A DNA stretch of 64,000 bases from Eukaryota sp. GEM-RC1. Lineage: Eukaryota. A model generated the notes under the pieces. That model had not been told where the DNA came from. It saw only the letters and a list, made by a program, of their open reading frames with translations, and made no database searches. Of the stretch, positions 25,719 through 39,137 are shown in pieces (within the stretch, counting starts at the first letter, position 1; each line of letters starts with the position of its first letter). The DNA lies in the NCBI GenBank assembly GCA_040285855.1, contig JAUFOQ010000003.1:1488001-1552000 (forward strand), written 5' to 3'. Made by a program: the position numbers and the translations under genes.

Positions 25719-26409
25719 TCCATAACTTAAATGAAGTCAGTCATTAACAAAATTTACCACAGTAGATGTTTCTAACAAATCTTGTGTTAGCCGGATATTA
25801 GATTCTTCTTCTAATCCGTTAATTGCTGCTGAAAAGCTCAAACACTCCAAGTATGACTCTCAAGTAGAAGAATTAAATAGAAACTCATATTCCAAATTTG
25901 TGTTTCAATCTTTTGATGTTTCTCTTTTGGTTCAATTAGTCCTGTTGGTTATCAATTTTTCAAGGATTTCGAAGAACCGTGTAAAGAAAAGAAGTGTAAG
26001 TTTAGAATGGCTGAATGGAAAAACCGTATAGTGTTTTCCATATATCGGAATATGCATTTCTCTTTCTCTCGATTAATTGAGAAATTGTACAAGTTTGGTG
26101 TGAAGGTTAATGTTGAAAAACGTAATTTTTTACTGTTTGGTGATGAAGTCGTTTGGATTTAATCTTAGTATTGCTTGTTTGTTTTTACAATTTCATAGTT
26201 TTGTAGGAAGGTTACCTTTTGAATACCGAATAAAGGTCAAGAGAACATTTTTGATATTACTACAGTTATTAAGTTGTGTTTATGGTCTAAACGTATAATT
26301 CTAAACGTGTCAATGTCAGATGAAGTTGCCAGTAGTAGTGAAGTGATAGAAAAACTTTCAGTGATTTTTAACAGAGTTTATCACTAACTATTTATAAGCC
26401 CGGAACTGT

Positions 26410-28405
26410 ATGTCTATTGAATCTGAAGCCGCATCTCTTGATCAACTGCTGGAGCTTCTTACCCTCGCAGTATCCTCTTCTGTACATCACAAAATCATAC
26501 TAACTGCATCTCTTTCTTTAAGCGAATCACTTACTATTACCAACACTACTCTCACATCTTCCTCTAACCCCTCAATAACTATAACTCTCAAAAAGGTTCT
26601 TCTTTAATTGTTGGAGCTTCTTCTTCTCTGGAGTCGTTGTCAATCACTTCAAAGTCCAACCTTGGAGACCATTCCCTTCTTATCATCTTACCTGAGTCTT
26701 TAGGCATGTCATGTTGTGATGTTTCTGTTCCAATAACTTCCTTTTCTCCTTCCTCCACCACAACTTCATTTACTCTGACTGAGTGCATTCTTCGTGGATC
26801 TTCTGCTCAAGAACAACCTCTAGTTCACGTCTCTTCTGCAGCTGATGTTGAGTTCGTTAAGTGCCAGTTCAGGTCAGGAACTGTAGGAGTTTCTGTTGAA
26901 GGGAAGGTGAAGGTCAGTGATTGCTTATTCGTTGGTCAACAGAAGTCTTCATTTTTGACCTACCCCTCGTCATCACTGTTTGTTCAACAATCAGAGCTCT
27001 TTGGTGGTAATTCTTGTCTAATTGGAAAAGCTTCTTCTCAGATAGTTTTCAAGCAATGTAAGCTGTATAATCAGAGTAATGGTTTTCACTGCATTGATAC
27101 CAAACTTCTTGTTCTTCATTGTACTTTTTCAGAAATTTTAAATATTTTGGATCTAAGTAACACCATTGTCAAGGTCATTGACTGTTCTTTTCGAATATTT
27201 CTACTTTTTTGATGAATTCAAATACCGAGTCAACGATTTTCATTCAAAATTCGGTTTTTAAGAACGTTGTTTTTTCAAAGAATTTTGCCAATCCTGGATC
27301 ACTTTATATAGAAAATTCTAAATTTAATGAATTTTCGAATATTCTGCTTAACAATTCTTCCATTAAATGTCGATTTTGTCAGTTTACTTCATGTACCAAT
27401 TTTTTGATGTGTCGAGAATCTGAAGTGTCAATCATTGAATGCAATTTTGAAAATTTAAATAATTTTGGATTAATTATAAGTTCTTCCACTCAATGTGCAC
27501 TCTCGGCGTGTACTTTTTTAAATTATTCAGGATCATTATTAACTTTTGATAATTGCCGCGATGTTGTTTTAAACAGATGTAGTTTTAGAAATGGTGAAAA
27601 TGCCATAGTCTCTTCAAAATGTGAAAGTGTTACAATCTCTTCATGTACTTTTACTACCGCACTACAGGCATTTTCCTTTGAATCAGCAGAAAAGTTGTTA
27701 TTATCGAGCTCAAAGTTTTCTCATATTTCTAATTCTTCCAAGCTTATTTCATGTGGTAATCTTTCTAAAATTAAAGATTGTTGCTTTACTTCTGCATCAC
27801 TTCATTTAGAAACTTGCGCTGGGAAAATATGTCAATCAAATTTTGAAAATTCTAAGAATGCACTCATTTTAAATAATGATTGTACTGAAATCTCAAATAA
27901 TGTATTCAAAAATTGTGAGGTTGGGCTGAGAATTAGCTCTTCATCTGATTCAATTATTTCATCTTGTAGATTTAATTCAAACTCAATAGGGTCATTAATA
28001 TCGAACTCCAGACCGGTGATTGCTAACTGTATCATATCTGATTGTCAGTCTGGATTGATTGCCCTTGATGAATCGTATCTAACCCTACAGGAATCAGTTT
28101 GTAACTCTTGCCAAATTGCAATCTCAATCAATTCTAGTCGATGCTTATTGCTACAAAGTGCGTTTGAACATTGTTTTGTTGGAGTAGAGTTTAAGAAATC
28201 TGTTTTACATGATTCTGAGGAGATCTTCTTTAAATCATGTGACGTTGCAGTCCTAATCAATCAATCAGAGGTCACAATAGAATCGTTTACGGCAACTGAT
28301 TGTAAGTTAGGGGTAATCTCGACTTCTGATATTTCGAAACTTGACATTGACCAAGGTGTATTTGAAAAGGTTAATGTTCAATTAGGACATTTGCAAACAA
28401 TTTAA
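26410..28405 (+). CDS. Right-handed beta-helix (pectin lyase-like) repeat protein; two homopolymer frame breaks (~26592, ~27190)
   Basis: Repeated I..C.F.N/S and C..G[VLI] beta-helix rungs throughout; ORFs rejoin on adding 1 nt in A/T runs. Confidence 0.75.
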
Positions 28406-28495
28406 AATAATAATTGATTTTTTTATTATACAAAAAGACGGCAAAAATACAATTCAGCTTCACACACATATTGTTGGGAAAAAATTAAATATTTG

Positions 28496-29392
28496 TTAAT
28501 TAAAATCGCACATCAGGTCAATTCCATTTTCTACACAAAAACCTGCCCAAAGTCTTAAAATGGACAATGAATCACTTTTCAATGCATCTTTCAATTCATT
28601 TAATGAAACTGGAGAAGCAAACACAATATCATTAGAAAAAGCAACTGATACAGAATGCCCAGTTTCTGGTAGTAAAATCTCAGATAAAAACCAACTGACA
28701 GTCAGCGTTGAGCCTAAATTCAAGCAAAGTGATACCACAGCTTCAGTAATGAAAGCTGCCCAATGTGGTTCAACAGGACCTTCGTGATCAAAGAACAAAC
28801 AGATTGTTCCAGCATTTTCCTTCTTTAAATGAGCCATGGAAGAGATGAACAACCATGGGGAGAGAGAATTGGTAAGGCAACAGAGTTTGGAAAGTTCAAT
28901 CAAAAGACGGCTACAAGATTCAGTAATGGATGGAGAAAAGTTGGAGAAGGTTTTCCCTTGTGAAACTAATCTAGGAGTGGCCCCAGGTAAGGATGAAGGA
29001 GTTCTAGTAATAAGCAAAGCAGATGAGTACTTGTCAGTGAATGCTGATAGAAGGGATTGGGAAAGCCAGGCAATGGGAGAGGTAGTCTCGGTGTTATCTG
29101 AAGAAGGAAGTATGGTGAGAGAGTATCTGGGATTAGCTACAACAGCAATGATAAGCTTGTATTTCTCACTGTGAGTAAAGTAGATGATGACATCAGAGTG
29201 AATAATTGAAAGTTGTTCGTTGGCAGCTGGAAAGACATCGCCAGAGCGGGAATATATTATATACAACATGGAAGCAAGAGATTCTGGGGACTTAGCCCCT
29301 GTAACAGACTGTGGGAAACCGAAATTAGGAGAAAACTGACGATGATATAGAATGTTTCCTCCTCGACTGGATAAAACGAAGAGTGCATGCAT
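28496..29392 (-). CDS. Longin-like domain protein (membrane trafficking)
   Basis: N-terminus MHALFVLSSRGGNILYHRQF and IIYFTHSEKYKLIIAVVA are typical of longin/adaptin sigma-mu folds. Confidence 0.55.
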   Translation of the reverse strand: MHALFVLSSRGGNILYHRQFSPNFGFPQSVTGAKSPESLASMLYIIYSRSGDVFPAANEQLSIIHSDVIIYFTHSEKYKLIIAVVANPRYSLTILPSSDNTETTSPIAWLSQSLLSAFTDKYSSALLITRTPSSLPGATPRLVSQGKTFSNFSPSITESCSRLLIELSKLCCLTNSLSPWLFISSMAHLKKENAGTICLFFDHEGPVEPHWAAFITEAVVSLCLNLGSTLTVSWFLSEILLPETGHSVSVAFSNDIVFASPVSLNELKDALKSDSLSILRLWAGFCVENGIDLMCDFN

Positions 29393-29983
29393 CAGACATC
29401 AGCTAAAAGCTAATAAATGGCAAAGAGCAGTTATCAGTTCAAGAAAAAAATGTGTGGACAGTTTTGTTCGATTCAGATGCATTAATCGTACTCAATTGTT
29501 GTTCGCCGTGGGTTGTCTCTTCATCTATCTCATCATTCTTTTCTTCACAGTACAAGAGCTCAATTTTGTAGACTTTGCCTACGAATTTTATCCCTCTGTG
29601 TATGAGTTTTACTATGTACAACAGTCAATATCATCATCAAAGTGCAACACCATAAAAAACCTTTGGTGAAAACTCCTCTTTTAAGATGTGAATCAAGAGT
29701 CTTCTTACCGCTTTAAACCTATACCCTCATTTATTCCTGCATACCCCTCACCATTATTCAAACTGTACATAATGGTGCAACTTACATCGTGAAAGTGAGG
29801 GAAAGAATTGCCCCAGTTGTTGCACATGAGCTTTAACACTTGTGTGCAGTCAACAACAATGCACATTTAAATAATCATTCAAATTTGGACTTTTTGTCAC
29901 TCGAAGTTTAGAAATAACAATTCATCTAAATTTATAATACACGATGAATTACAATAATTAAAATAAGAAATACAGAAAACACC

Positions 29984-31308
29984 TTAAAACGAGGATTCTA
30001 AAATTTCTCTAATAACATCATCAGTAACTTCCACTGGACAAAGTGACAAGAGACCATTCATTCCAGGACATTTACGAGTCATTTCTACCAATTCAGGAAC
30101 TTGATCGATGGTGAAACCAACAGTAGTCAATGTTTCATTCATGCCAACGCCCTCCATCCAAGCTCTCAAAGCCTTGGCAGCAGCTTCAGCTTCAGACTTG
30201 GCACCAGTGAAAGAATCACCGAGGATAGGCTTGAATACAAAAGCCAAGACTCCACCAGTAACAGGCCAAATGTGCTTCATAACAGCAGGCATAATCAAAC
30301 TAAGTCCTAGTCCATGAGCTAAATCAGTGATTTTAGCGGAAAGAGAATGTTCGATTGCATGGGTAGCGTGTAACAAAGACTCGTTGAAAGACATACCAGC
30401 TGCTGCAGCCGAGTACATGAGCCAATATCTGGCTTCAAGATTGGTGAGATCCTTAAGAGCAATGGGAAGATACTTAGCAGTGAGCCTAACACAGTCTTGA
30501 GACAAAGAACCAGAGAACGGAGTTCTGACAGTAGTTGTACAGGATTCCATGATGTGATTCAACAAATCAAGAGCAGTATAAAGGGTTTGGGACCAAGGCA
30601 AAGTCGTCATTAAAGCGGGATCATCAATACTATAGACTGGGTGAATGACCTTACTAGCAAGAACAGGTTTGACTGGAGGATTCTGTTTCAAAAGAGAAAC
30701 TACAGCGAACCTAGAGTGAGAAGAACAAAGATCACATACATATCACATTCACTGCCGGTTCCGGCTGTGAGATTCACTGCTACCAGCTTAGCAGCTCGTT
30801 CGGCAGTGAACTTATGCATGTAGAGCTCTTCCACGGTCTTGTCACCGTGTTCAAGCAAAACTGCTATACTTTTGGCTGCATCAAGTGGAGATCCTCCACC
30901 AATTCCAACAATAACAAAGTTTTCATCATACACCTCACGGAAAAGATTGACGGCTTCAGTGACATTGGTTTCAGTAGGATTAGCAACAACTTGGTCGTAG
31001 AGTTTGAAAGGAATGCTACGCTCTTTGATCATAGGTTCAATTGCAGCCCAACATCCACTGATCTTGTAGGCACCTTTGGAGCAAACAAATCCTAACCCTG
31101 AAGGTTTGAGATCATCGAGAATCTCAGCAAACTTAGAAATTGCGTTAACGCCAAGGAAACACCCTTTGGATGTACCATAAGTAAGTTTGACGATATTGTT
31201 AATGTCGAACTGGGATTCATAACTGGGAATGTCTTCAGAGACATTAGATCTCTTGGGGGCAGAGGCTTCAGCAGAAAGGCGTGTACGTTGTCTTGTTGAT
31301 CGAGTCAT
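29984..31308 (-). CDS. Iron-containing alcohol dehydrogenase, prokaryote-type (431 aa, one 29-nt intron)
   Basis: NPT, GIGGGSPLDAAK, TAGTGSE, SIDDPALM, DLLNHIME, HATHAIEH, HGLGL. The spliced length of 1296 nt is in frame. Confidence 0.92.
30711..30739 (-). other. 29-nt spliceosomal intron
   Basis: GTATGTGATCTTTGTTCTTCTCACTCTAG; removal gives GTGSECDM-FAVVSLLKQ, the expected Fe-ADH continuation. Confidence 0.9.
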
Positions 31309-31509
31309 GAAGAGTGGAGAGTAATTAGAAATTGGAAGGATCACAAAAAAACTGAGAAGTCATCAAAAGTCATCGAACGAACTTTATTCTATCGTATTAA
31401 TGATGGACGGATCGATATTGATGTCTCCTATTTGCGTCGAGGAAAAGTCTCTAACAAACTTGAACATTCCGAATTGATTGTAAGATCTTTTTGAATTGAG
31501 ACCTATGTT

Positions 31510-33340
31510 CAGGGATGCCGAATATTGGATTGGCAATATACTGGTATTAAAAAATGACTTACTTACCAGTCAATACCGTATTGATTCCAATATATTAATC
31601 AATAGTGCAATATCAAGTAACTCATCAAGTAAATACTATTTCAAAATACCATACGTTTAACCATCTTCATCTTCTACACTCCAGCATGATATACATACAG
31701 TGTTGATGGATCCAAAGACTGCTGATGTGGTGCAGAAGTCTCTTTGTTGCCAGCTGTGGCTTGAGGTGTGTGAAAAATTTCAAATATCACTTTGTTATCA
31801 GACGTGATGAATCATGGTTGGGAAGCAACCTCCAAAAATACAATACGAAAATACATACATTACAAAAACAGTAAAATTCAATTTCACAAATGGTCTCATT
31901 TTGATTTTGTTCTTTTGGAGAATTATAGTTCAATGTCATCGCTCATCATCAGCGATGATCAGTTTTGAATCCTAGACGGTATTCAGATTTCGTTTTCTGA
32001 ATTCTCCATAACATTGTGTGTTCATCTTTTGCACAGTTTATTAAATGTGAAACTCAAATTTGGTGCCTATAAGCAAAAGTTTATAGATGAGAAGGAAAGA
32101 AATAAAGAATCATAATAACATCAATGAAACAATACACACAAAATTCTTGATCTACAGGTTTTCTCTACAATTTAGTAATAATTGATTTAATGTATTTGGG
32201 TATCGATGGGAACAGTAAAAAATGAAACATTTTTCCAACTTGATAAGTCGTTTGATTGTGAATTTTGATCATGTCAAAAAATCAACACAAAGAATGCAAA
32301 ACAATGAGCTGTTTCACGAAAGGGAAAATGTGTTGCTGGCATCCAGAAGGCGCTTGGTATTAAAAAAGCAAGCTGGTGGTCGGATCAGCAGACATGCAAA
32401 TTTTCGAATTTTGTTAAATTTGCATGAACCTGATTTAAATTTTTCTAATTTGAATAAGACCAAACAGAAGTTATGCATGCTTTTATTTGAAAGGATGTTG
32501 ATTGAACAGAATAATTGTTTCGTAGCAAATGTATGTCGAAAACCGAAGGATAGCATGGCTTTGAACGGTTCAAAAGAAGGAGAATGGTTTGGCTCACATT
32601 CACATGGAGAAGGTGGCACTGACATGAGAAAAACTTTGTCTCAAAGGTAGTATCATTACTCACAATGATATGTGGGAAGCCTTTACTTCTGATAAAGGTA
32701 TGAGTTACAATGTCATTTCGTCGAGAAAGAATCAGCAAATAAACAGGATTTGTCGCTTGGTACTATTTCAATTTTTCATTTTCTCCGATGAAAGAAAACC
32801 CTGGAATGGTGTCTAAGACGGTGAGATCTGGATCAATCCAATTACCTCGCCAAAATTACCACAATCGTTGGGTCCTGGGACCTTCATGCAGGTCAAATTT
32901 GTTACATCTACCGAAAAATTGGTGTTTAAATTTCATGATGACCTTTAGGAAGAAGTCATCATCAACGGTGAACAGGCGTACACCCTCAGCAGAAAGGGGT
33001 GTACTAGTCATGAAGATTGAAATTAGAAGAATCACAGACTGTGATGACGGGAATTGCTCCCATCATCAAGAAAAATACATGTGGTTTGTTAACACACAAA
33101 ACTAGCAAATGAAATCAAAACAATACCCAATGAATGAACCCTTTGGAATTTAAGGCAATAATTTGAATAGTTCGCAGATTTCTTTGAAATTGAAATTGAC
33201 AGTTTGTGCGGTTTTCCAGATATCTGCACAACCTCCGTTTACCCGTGTTTGAGCAGTTTGATAGTTATCTTTTTCTCAAGTAAATGATTTATTGACAACA
33301 ACACTACATTGCAGGGGTGGGAAAACAATATTGCAATAAA
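31510..33340 (-). mobile_element. Degraded hAT element with transposase remnants
   Basis: Left end CAGGGATGCCGAATATTGGATTGGCAAT resembles the 23704 end. Minus-strand remnants include SCQCHLLHV (hAT CxxH) and LFTVDDDFF. Another end CAGGGGTGGGAAAAC lies at 33312. Confidence 0.55.
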
Positions 33341-34088
33341 AATTAACTTATTTTAGCCACAAAATGAATATTGCAAATCTGAAATAGACAGGACTTGGAA
33401 AAATTGCATTGCCAATTAAATTATTGCCAATTAATTAATTACAATAAAGAACTCACTATTTAAATAAATAATAACACTGTGTTGATGGAAATTGTTCCCA
33501 CCATCAAGAAAAATAGATGTGGTTTTGATCACTTAAACTAGCAAAATAATACCCAAATGAAAGAATACCCAATGATAGGAATTGGTTCAAATATTGTAAA
33601 CACAATCCGATTCAACCGATACTTAAAATCAAATTTCTTATTCATTTTTGTTTGATAACATTCTCAAAATTAGAGAGAAAACAAAAATGATCTTTACCAA
33701 GTCGACCATAAATTGAAATTGCAAAATGACATAATTTGTACTCAACATCTTTACTATGTTTGATTTGATTACAAAGCTTCAAATGTAAATCTCAGTAGAA
33801 ATCATCACCCATAACTTCAATCAATTTTTCTTTAAGTTTTTTATTATTATGAACTATGGCTCTTCTCAATATAGAAGATTTACATATCTCTTATTTTATC
33901 GTCATTTGTTTCTCGTAAAAATTCGCAATAAGGTTTGCAGATAGATAAGAAATGATATGATAATTCGTTTTTTTAGTTTTATTTTATTTTCATAAAAATA
34001 CTTTTTTATAATCTATGATGTCATTATTGTTTTCAGAAAGTTCATTTTGAAGTGACATATAATAGTGTTTTTACTAGGAATGTTAAAT

Positions 34089-34144
34089 AGTTCAGTTCAG
34101 TTCAGTTCAGTTCAGTTCAAAAAAGCGTGAACTGGACTGAACTA
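34089..34144. repeat. (AGTTC)6 pentamer run with an adjacent inverted copy
   Basis: agttcagttc...gttca-aaaaagcg-tgaactggactgaacta. Confidence 0.7.
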
Positions 34145-34355
34145 TACGAATTGAAGCAAATATCCTATTGTTTCCACAATAATGTGCCTAAGATCAAATC
34201 AACAGGTCATCAACAAGTACATGTAGTACTCAATCGTTGCAAAATTTAGTACAACTTTGTAAAAACATATACCATGATGTGGAGATAAGTGAACTTATAA
34301 ATGATACAAATGAGGCTAATACGCCATTACTCTAACATTAGACATCAGTAATTAA

Positions 34356-35697
34356 CATAGTTGCGAATCACAAAATTTGACTTTGTGATTTTGTGAGTCA
34401 CAACAATCACAACACAAAATCACATCACAAGCAATATTTCTGTGATATTTGTGATTTAACACCACAATATCACAATGATTGAACAAAAATGATGTTAAAA
34501 AGTTAATGAATTGTAACAACTGCAGTAAGCGTCTTATTCTTACGCTTAATTTCACGCTGTGGAAGACCTTTGGAGTTTTTAGCAAGGGCTGTCAAAATTG
34601 AGTTGCACTTCCAATTGCAAATAAATTATTGCAATAATTGATTGGTACCACTTACAGAATTGGCAATTAATTGCCAATTAGTAGCGTCCATATTGAGAAT
34701 TACTAGACTCGTTTTTATTGTATAACAAAATAATGTTTATACAGAATATCAAGACTGACAAATCAGCCTTTCTTTACAATCGTCAAACTTCTGTGGCGCA
34801 AAACTTTGCAGTGCCTGCTTCTGCTACCCCTAATTTGCCAATAGGCGAAGACAGAAAACGTCTCTGCTTAATATTGTTCACTGCTCAGCCTATAATAACC
34901 TCGTCTCGGAATGGTAGTCCGTACAAGTGAATACGTCTTTATTCTTGAAATGTAACATGAATTGTTGGGACGTAGTTGCATTTCGCAGTATTTGCAATAA
35001 ACACTGGAGTCTGGAAAACGAGATGATTGATAATTAGTTTCTGTACAATGTGTTCACCCATTCTCATTTCCTCAAATTTAGTAGTTTTTTGTGAGTTTCT
35101 ACTATATTTATATAAATTGGTTAATTGGCTTCAATCAATAGCAATTATTGCAATTATTGATTGCTACGTCTTTTGATGATCAATTAATTGCCAATTCAAT
35201 TTTGACAGCCCCTGGTTTTTTGAGGTAAGGTCCAAAAATAATAAAAAATTCCAAATCCGACATTTGAGTAATAAAACTCTCCAATCGTATCCCAAAGGAA
35301 ATTCCTCAAAGACATCTGTCGGTGTAAGCTAGTTAGGATCTTTCATGGAGTTTAAGATAGAAGGAAAATATTAAGACATTCATTTTTTAAAAAAAACTAA
35401 CATACATTAATTGGTTCTTCAGTTTCGATGTTAAATTTACTTCTATATCATCAGTTGGTGAACCGAATTCCTGTACTTAACATTGTTTATGATAGTAATA
35501 AACACACGGTAATGTAAAATGTTAAAAATTCAATATCACAACAATCACATCACAAAATCACAAATTGTTTACTTTTGTGATGTTGGATATCACAACAATC
35601 ACAATTTCACATCACAAACGAATGCCTTTGTGATTTTGTGAGTCACAACAATCACATCACAAAATCACATCACAGAAATTTGTGATTCGCAACTATG
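34356..35697. mobile_element. Non-autonomous TIR element
   Basis: TIR CATAGTTGCGAATCACAAA / TTTGTGATTCGCAACTATG with many ATCACA subterminal repeats; no TSD found. Confidence 0.8.
34583..35214. mobile_element. hAT-type MITE nested in the previous element
   Basis: TIR CAAGGGCTGTCAAAATTG / CAATTTTGACAGCCCCTG; TSD GTTTTTAG/GTTTTTTG (7/8). Confidence 0.85.
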
Positions 35698-35751
35698 ATT
35701 TCAGGTGAAAAGCACAGTACATCATGATCTAGATGTATGTACATATTTTTC

Positions 35752-36215
35752 TAGTGTTGCACGAAACGTTTCGGCGTTTCCAACGTTTCCGTTTCCGAGA
35801 CGTTTCAGAAACGTTAATGACTCACAGGAAACGCATCAGAAACGTGAATAAACGTTTCCAAAACTTGATGATTCCCGTAAATTTGTTGAAAAGTTTGTTC
35901 CGTTTATTGAACTTTGATACTCTTTATATGAGTGTTACCAATAAAATTGGATGCACAGTAGCAAACCACTAAAACGAAAACACTTACAGGCATAACTGTA
36001 GTTTGTGATCCAATTTTTTCTCTCAATTTCATAACATTGAGAATTCCAATCCATAACAACATGTATAACACCTCCACGTACAACAAAGAACTGATAAAAA
36101 TCAATTATACCAGTTAAACGGAATTTTTTCGAAGAGAGAATGTTGGTTGAGATGTAGAACCATATAATGACGTTTCGGAAACGGAAACGCGATTCCGAAA
36201 CGTAAACGCGTTTCC
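35752..36215. mobile_element. Probable MITE remnant with GAAACG/CGTTTC subterminal repeats
   Basis: Starts TAGTGTTGCACGAAACG; clustered repeats at both ends; right TIR not clear. Confidence 0.45.
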
Positions 36216-36280
36216 ACAAGAATTTTCACACGTTAATAATTTTTCTCTCCTTTAAACAAGACATCCTCCTTTAAATACTA

Positions 36281-36637
36281 ATGACCTCTGAATATGACGA
36301 TCCCACATCTAAAGTGCAGTTCAAAATGGACTCTCGAGTACACAACGCTGCTACAATCACACTCTTTGAAGAAGACCATACTCTAGGTGCTCTCATTCAC
36401 ACTCATATCCTCGAGAAAGACACTCATATTACTTTCGCTGGTTACAGAGTGCCACATCCTTATCTGCATCAAGTGGAACTTCGTCTCAGAACAGCCGAAG
36501 AAGACGTTTATGGACCTGAAAGCGCCTTTAGCAGCAGCTTGGACGAGCTAGTTAAAGGAATAACATCATTTCGCTCCGCTCTTGAACCTGCTTTTGAGAC
36601 ATATGAGAAGAACAAAAACAAGCTAGCATCTTCATGA
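36281..36637 (+). CDS. RPB11: RNA polymerase II subunit RPB11
   Basis: NAATITLFEEDHTLG...FAGYRVPHP. Confidence 0.85.
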   Translation: MTSEYDDPTSKVQFKMDSRVHNAATITLFEEDHTLGALIHTHILEKDTHITFAGYRVPHPYLHQVELRLRTAEEDVYGPESAFSSSLDELVKGITSFRSALEPAFETYEKNKNKLASS

Positions 36638-37089
36638 GTCTTCTTTATGTGCTATATTCCGTACACTTTGATTTGTTTTCTTGCATTTGTTTCTTAACAA
36701 TGTTAATCAATTTTGTTACTATTATTATTCCTTTTCTAACCAATGTTTATTGGTATAAACCAATCCACAACTCTATATTATCTGCTACTAATAATCAAAC
36801 CAAGATGATCCCAGAAACTCTCGAAGTAAACTAGTGAAAGGAATATACTCCATACTAATAGAATCAAATACTAACAGGAAGCTTATCATTCTTCTGGCTT
36901 CGGAATACCACAAAGAAGTTGGTTTAATACTGTGTAGTAGGGGTGAGCAAAAGTTAACCCATAAAGTCACATAAATCATTAGTTGCACTAACACTAAACT
37001 AACAAGTAATTAGTCGAGTGAAGACTAAACTAAAAGTATTTTTGGTGCACTAAGTCAAAAGCTAGTGTGAGTTAACGTACGTTAAACCT

Positions 37090-37443
37090 TAAGAGAAAAC
37101 TTTATTCGGCACCCAATAAGGTAACCTTCCTACAAAACTATGAAATTGTAAAACAAACAAATAATACTAAGATTAAATCCAAACGACTTCATCACCACCC
37201 GGTGAAAGATTACGTTTATCAACATTAACATTCACACCAAACTTGTACAATTGCTCAATTAATCTAGAGAAATAGAAAGGTATATTCCGATATATGGAAA
37301 ATACTATACGGTTTTTCCATTCAGCCATTCTATACTTACGCTTCTTTTCTTTACACAATTCTTCGAAATCCTTGAAAAATTAATCACCATCAGTACTAGT
37401 AGATCCAAAAGAGAAACAGCAAAAGGTTGAAACACAAATTTGG
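37090..37443 (-). mobile_element. CRE-like 3' fragment
   Basis: Reverse-complement match to 38790-39135; EWKNRIVFSIYRN...GGDEVVWI*. Confidence 0.85.
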
Positions 37444-39137
37444 CTCCAGTTGACGTTCTCAAAAAGTGTTTTTGACGTTTCATTGAACTTTCTTTGAGTA
37501 TTGGTTTAACAATCAATTTTTATAAGTGTTTTCTTGTTGTTAAGTCTTCGAATGTTTCTAATCTTGGTTTTTGTAATATTCTTATCATCGATTATTCTAC
37601 TCAATGTTTTCGTTTCCTTGGCACGTTTTTGGGAAATTATGAGAAAATTCATTCAGAATTGGAGGGTTCATTAACTTCAACTGAAGAAAAACTAAATCAA
37701 ATATTATCTTTAGATGTGAGTAAACATGTTTCTTTTGCTATGCTTCAGGTCTGTTTTTCCGGGAAAATCAATCATTTTTTACGTTCATTAGACTATTCCT
37801 TTACTGGAAACATTTGCCAAGAAATATAATTCTATTAGAACAAATTTTCTCTCTAACTTGGCTGAAATTGATGAGTCTAAGATTCCGTTTCATGCTTTTT
37901 ATTCTGTGGAATTCGCAGGAGTAGGTTCCACCCATGCAAAAATCATTAGAAAATCTGCTCTTTTAGGAGGTGTTAAGAATTTTATGTTTGAATTTTTGAA
38001 ACGGCTTCCCTTGGATGGAATCAATCTGTTGAATTCCAGTAAATGCCGTTGGATTCAATTTGCTAAAGATTTGGTATCATCCTTGTCTCCTGAAATGTGG
38101 GGGTCTTTGTTCCCTGCTCATTTGAAGGAGAATCCTTTAAAAATATTTCATCTCTACCGTCTGCTGTATGTAAGCTGCAAAATAAATTGACAAGGAGTTT
38201 GAACTCTTGGACTTTAATAATCGTATTAGCTTGGCTAAAACTATTAGTCCCGAGTTCGCTGCTTTTTTAATCGATCTTTGTAATAGCGGACCTTCTGGAT
38301 TTATTTCTCAAATTCCAAAGGTGTATGGATTACATCTATCTGATGAAGCTTGGATGATCAATATGCGTCTTCGTTTGGCTATTTGGCCTGCAAATTTATT
38401 AAACTATTCAACGTGCTCTTGTGGAGCTAATGGTTTTTTTCGTCATTTAATTAATTGTCGTTATTTTATTCATCTCCGTGCAGTAATTCATGATGGTGTA
38501 CGTGATTCTTGTTATTCCATGTTTAAAGCACATGGTTTTCACTCTCAAGTTGAACCAGTTTTGAATCATCTTTCAGAAAATGAATTTACTGATCAAAAAG
38601 AGGGGATCTACATACTCCGTGGCTTAAATCGAGTCAATCATTAATGGATTTTACTACAGTAGATGTATGTAACAAATCTTGTGTTAGTAGGATATTAGAT
38701 TCTTTTAATCTGTTAACAGCTGCTGAAAAGCTCAAACACTGCAAGTATGACTCTCAAGTAGTAGAATTAAATAGAAACTCATATTCCAAATTTGTGTTTC
38801 AACCTTGTGCTGTTTCTCTTTTGGATCTATTAGTCCTGCTGGTGATCAATTTTTCAAGGATTTCGAAGAATTGTGTAAAGAAAAGAAGCGTCAGTTTAGA
38901 ATGGCTGAATGGAAAAACCGTATAGTGTTTTCCATATATCGGAATATGCCTTTCTATTTCTCTAGATTAATTGAGAAATTGTACCAGTTTGGTGTGAAGG
39001 TTAATATTGATAAACGTAATCTTTTACCGGGTGGTGATGAAGTCGTTTGGATTTAATCTTGGTATTTTTTGTTTGTTTTTACAATTTCATAGTTTGTAGG
39101 AAGGTTACCTTATTGGGTGCCGAATAAATTCTCTCTT
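37444..39137 (+). mobile_element. 5'-truncated CRE-like non-LTR retrotransposon (RT C-terminal part, zinc knuckle, restriction-like endonuclease)
   Basis: IGLTINF.KC, FRFLGTFLG, CSCG..RHLINC, HDGVRD, RGD..DFTTVD, AAEKLKH.KY, FQP.AVS; frameshifted. Confidence 0.9.

Larger units (their letters stand above)
22975..26235 (+). mobile_element. Degraded CRE-like non-LTR retrotransposon interrupted by a hAT element at 23704-25718
   Basis: 22975-23703 and 25727-26235 are collinear at nucleotide level with the copy at 37900-39130. Confidence 0.85.
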
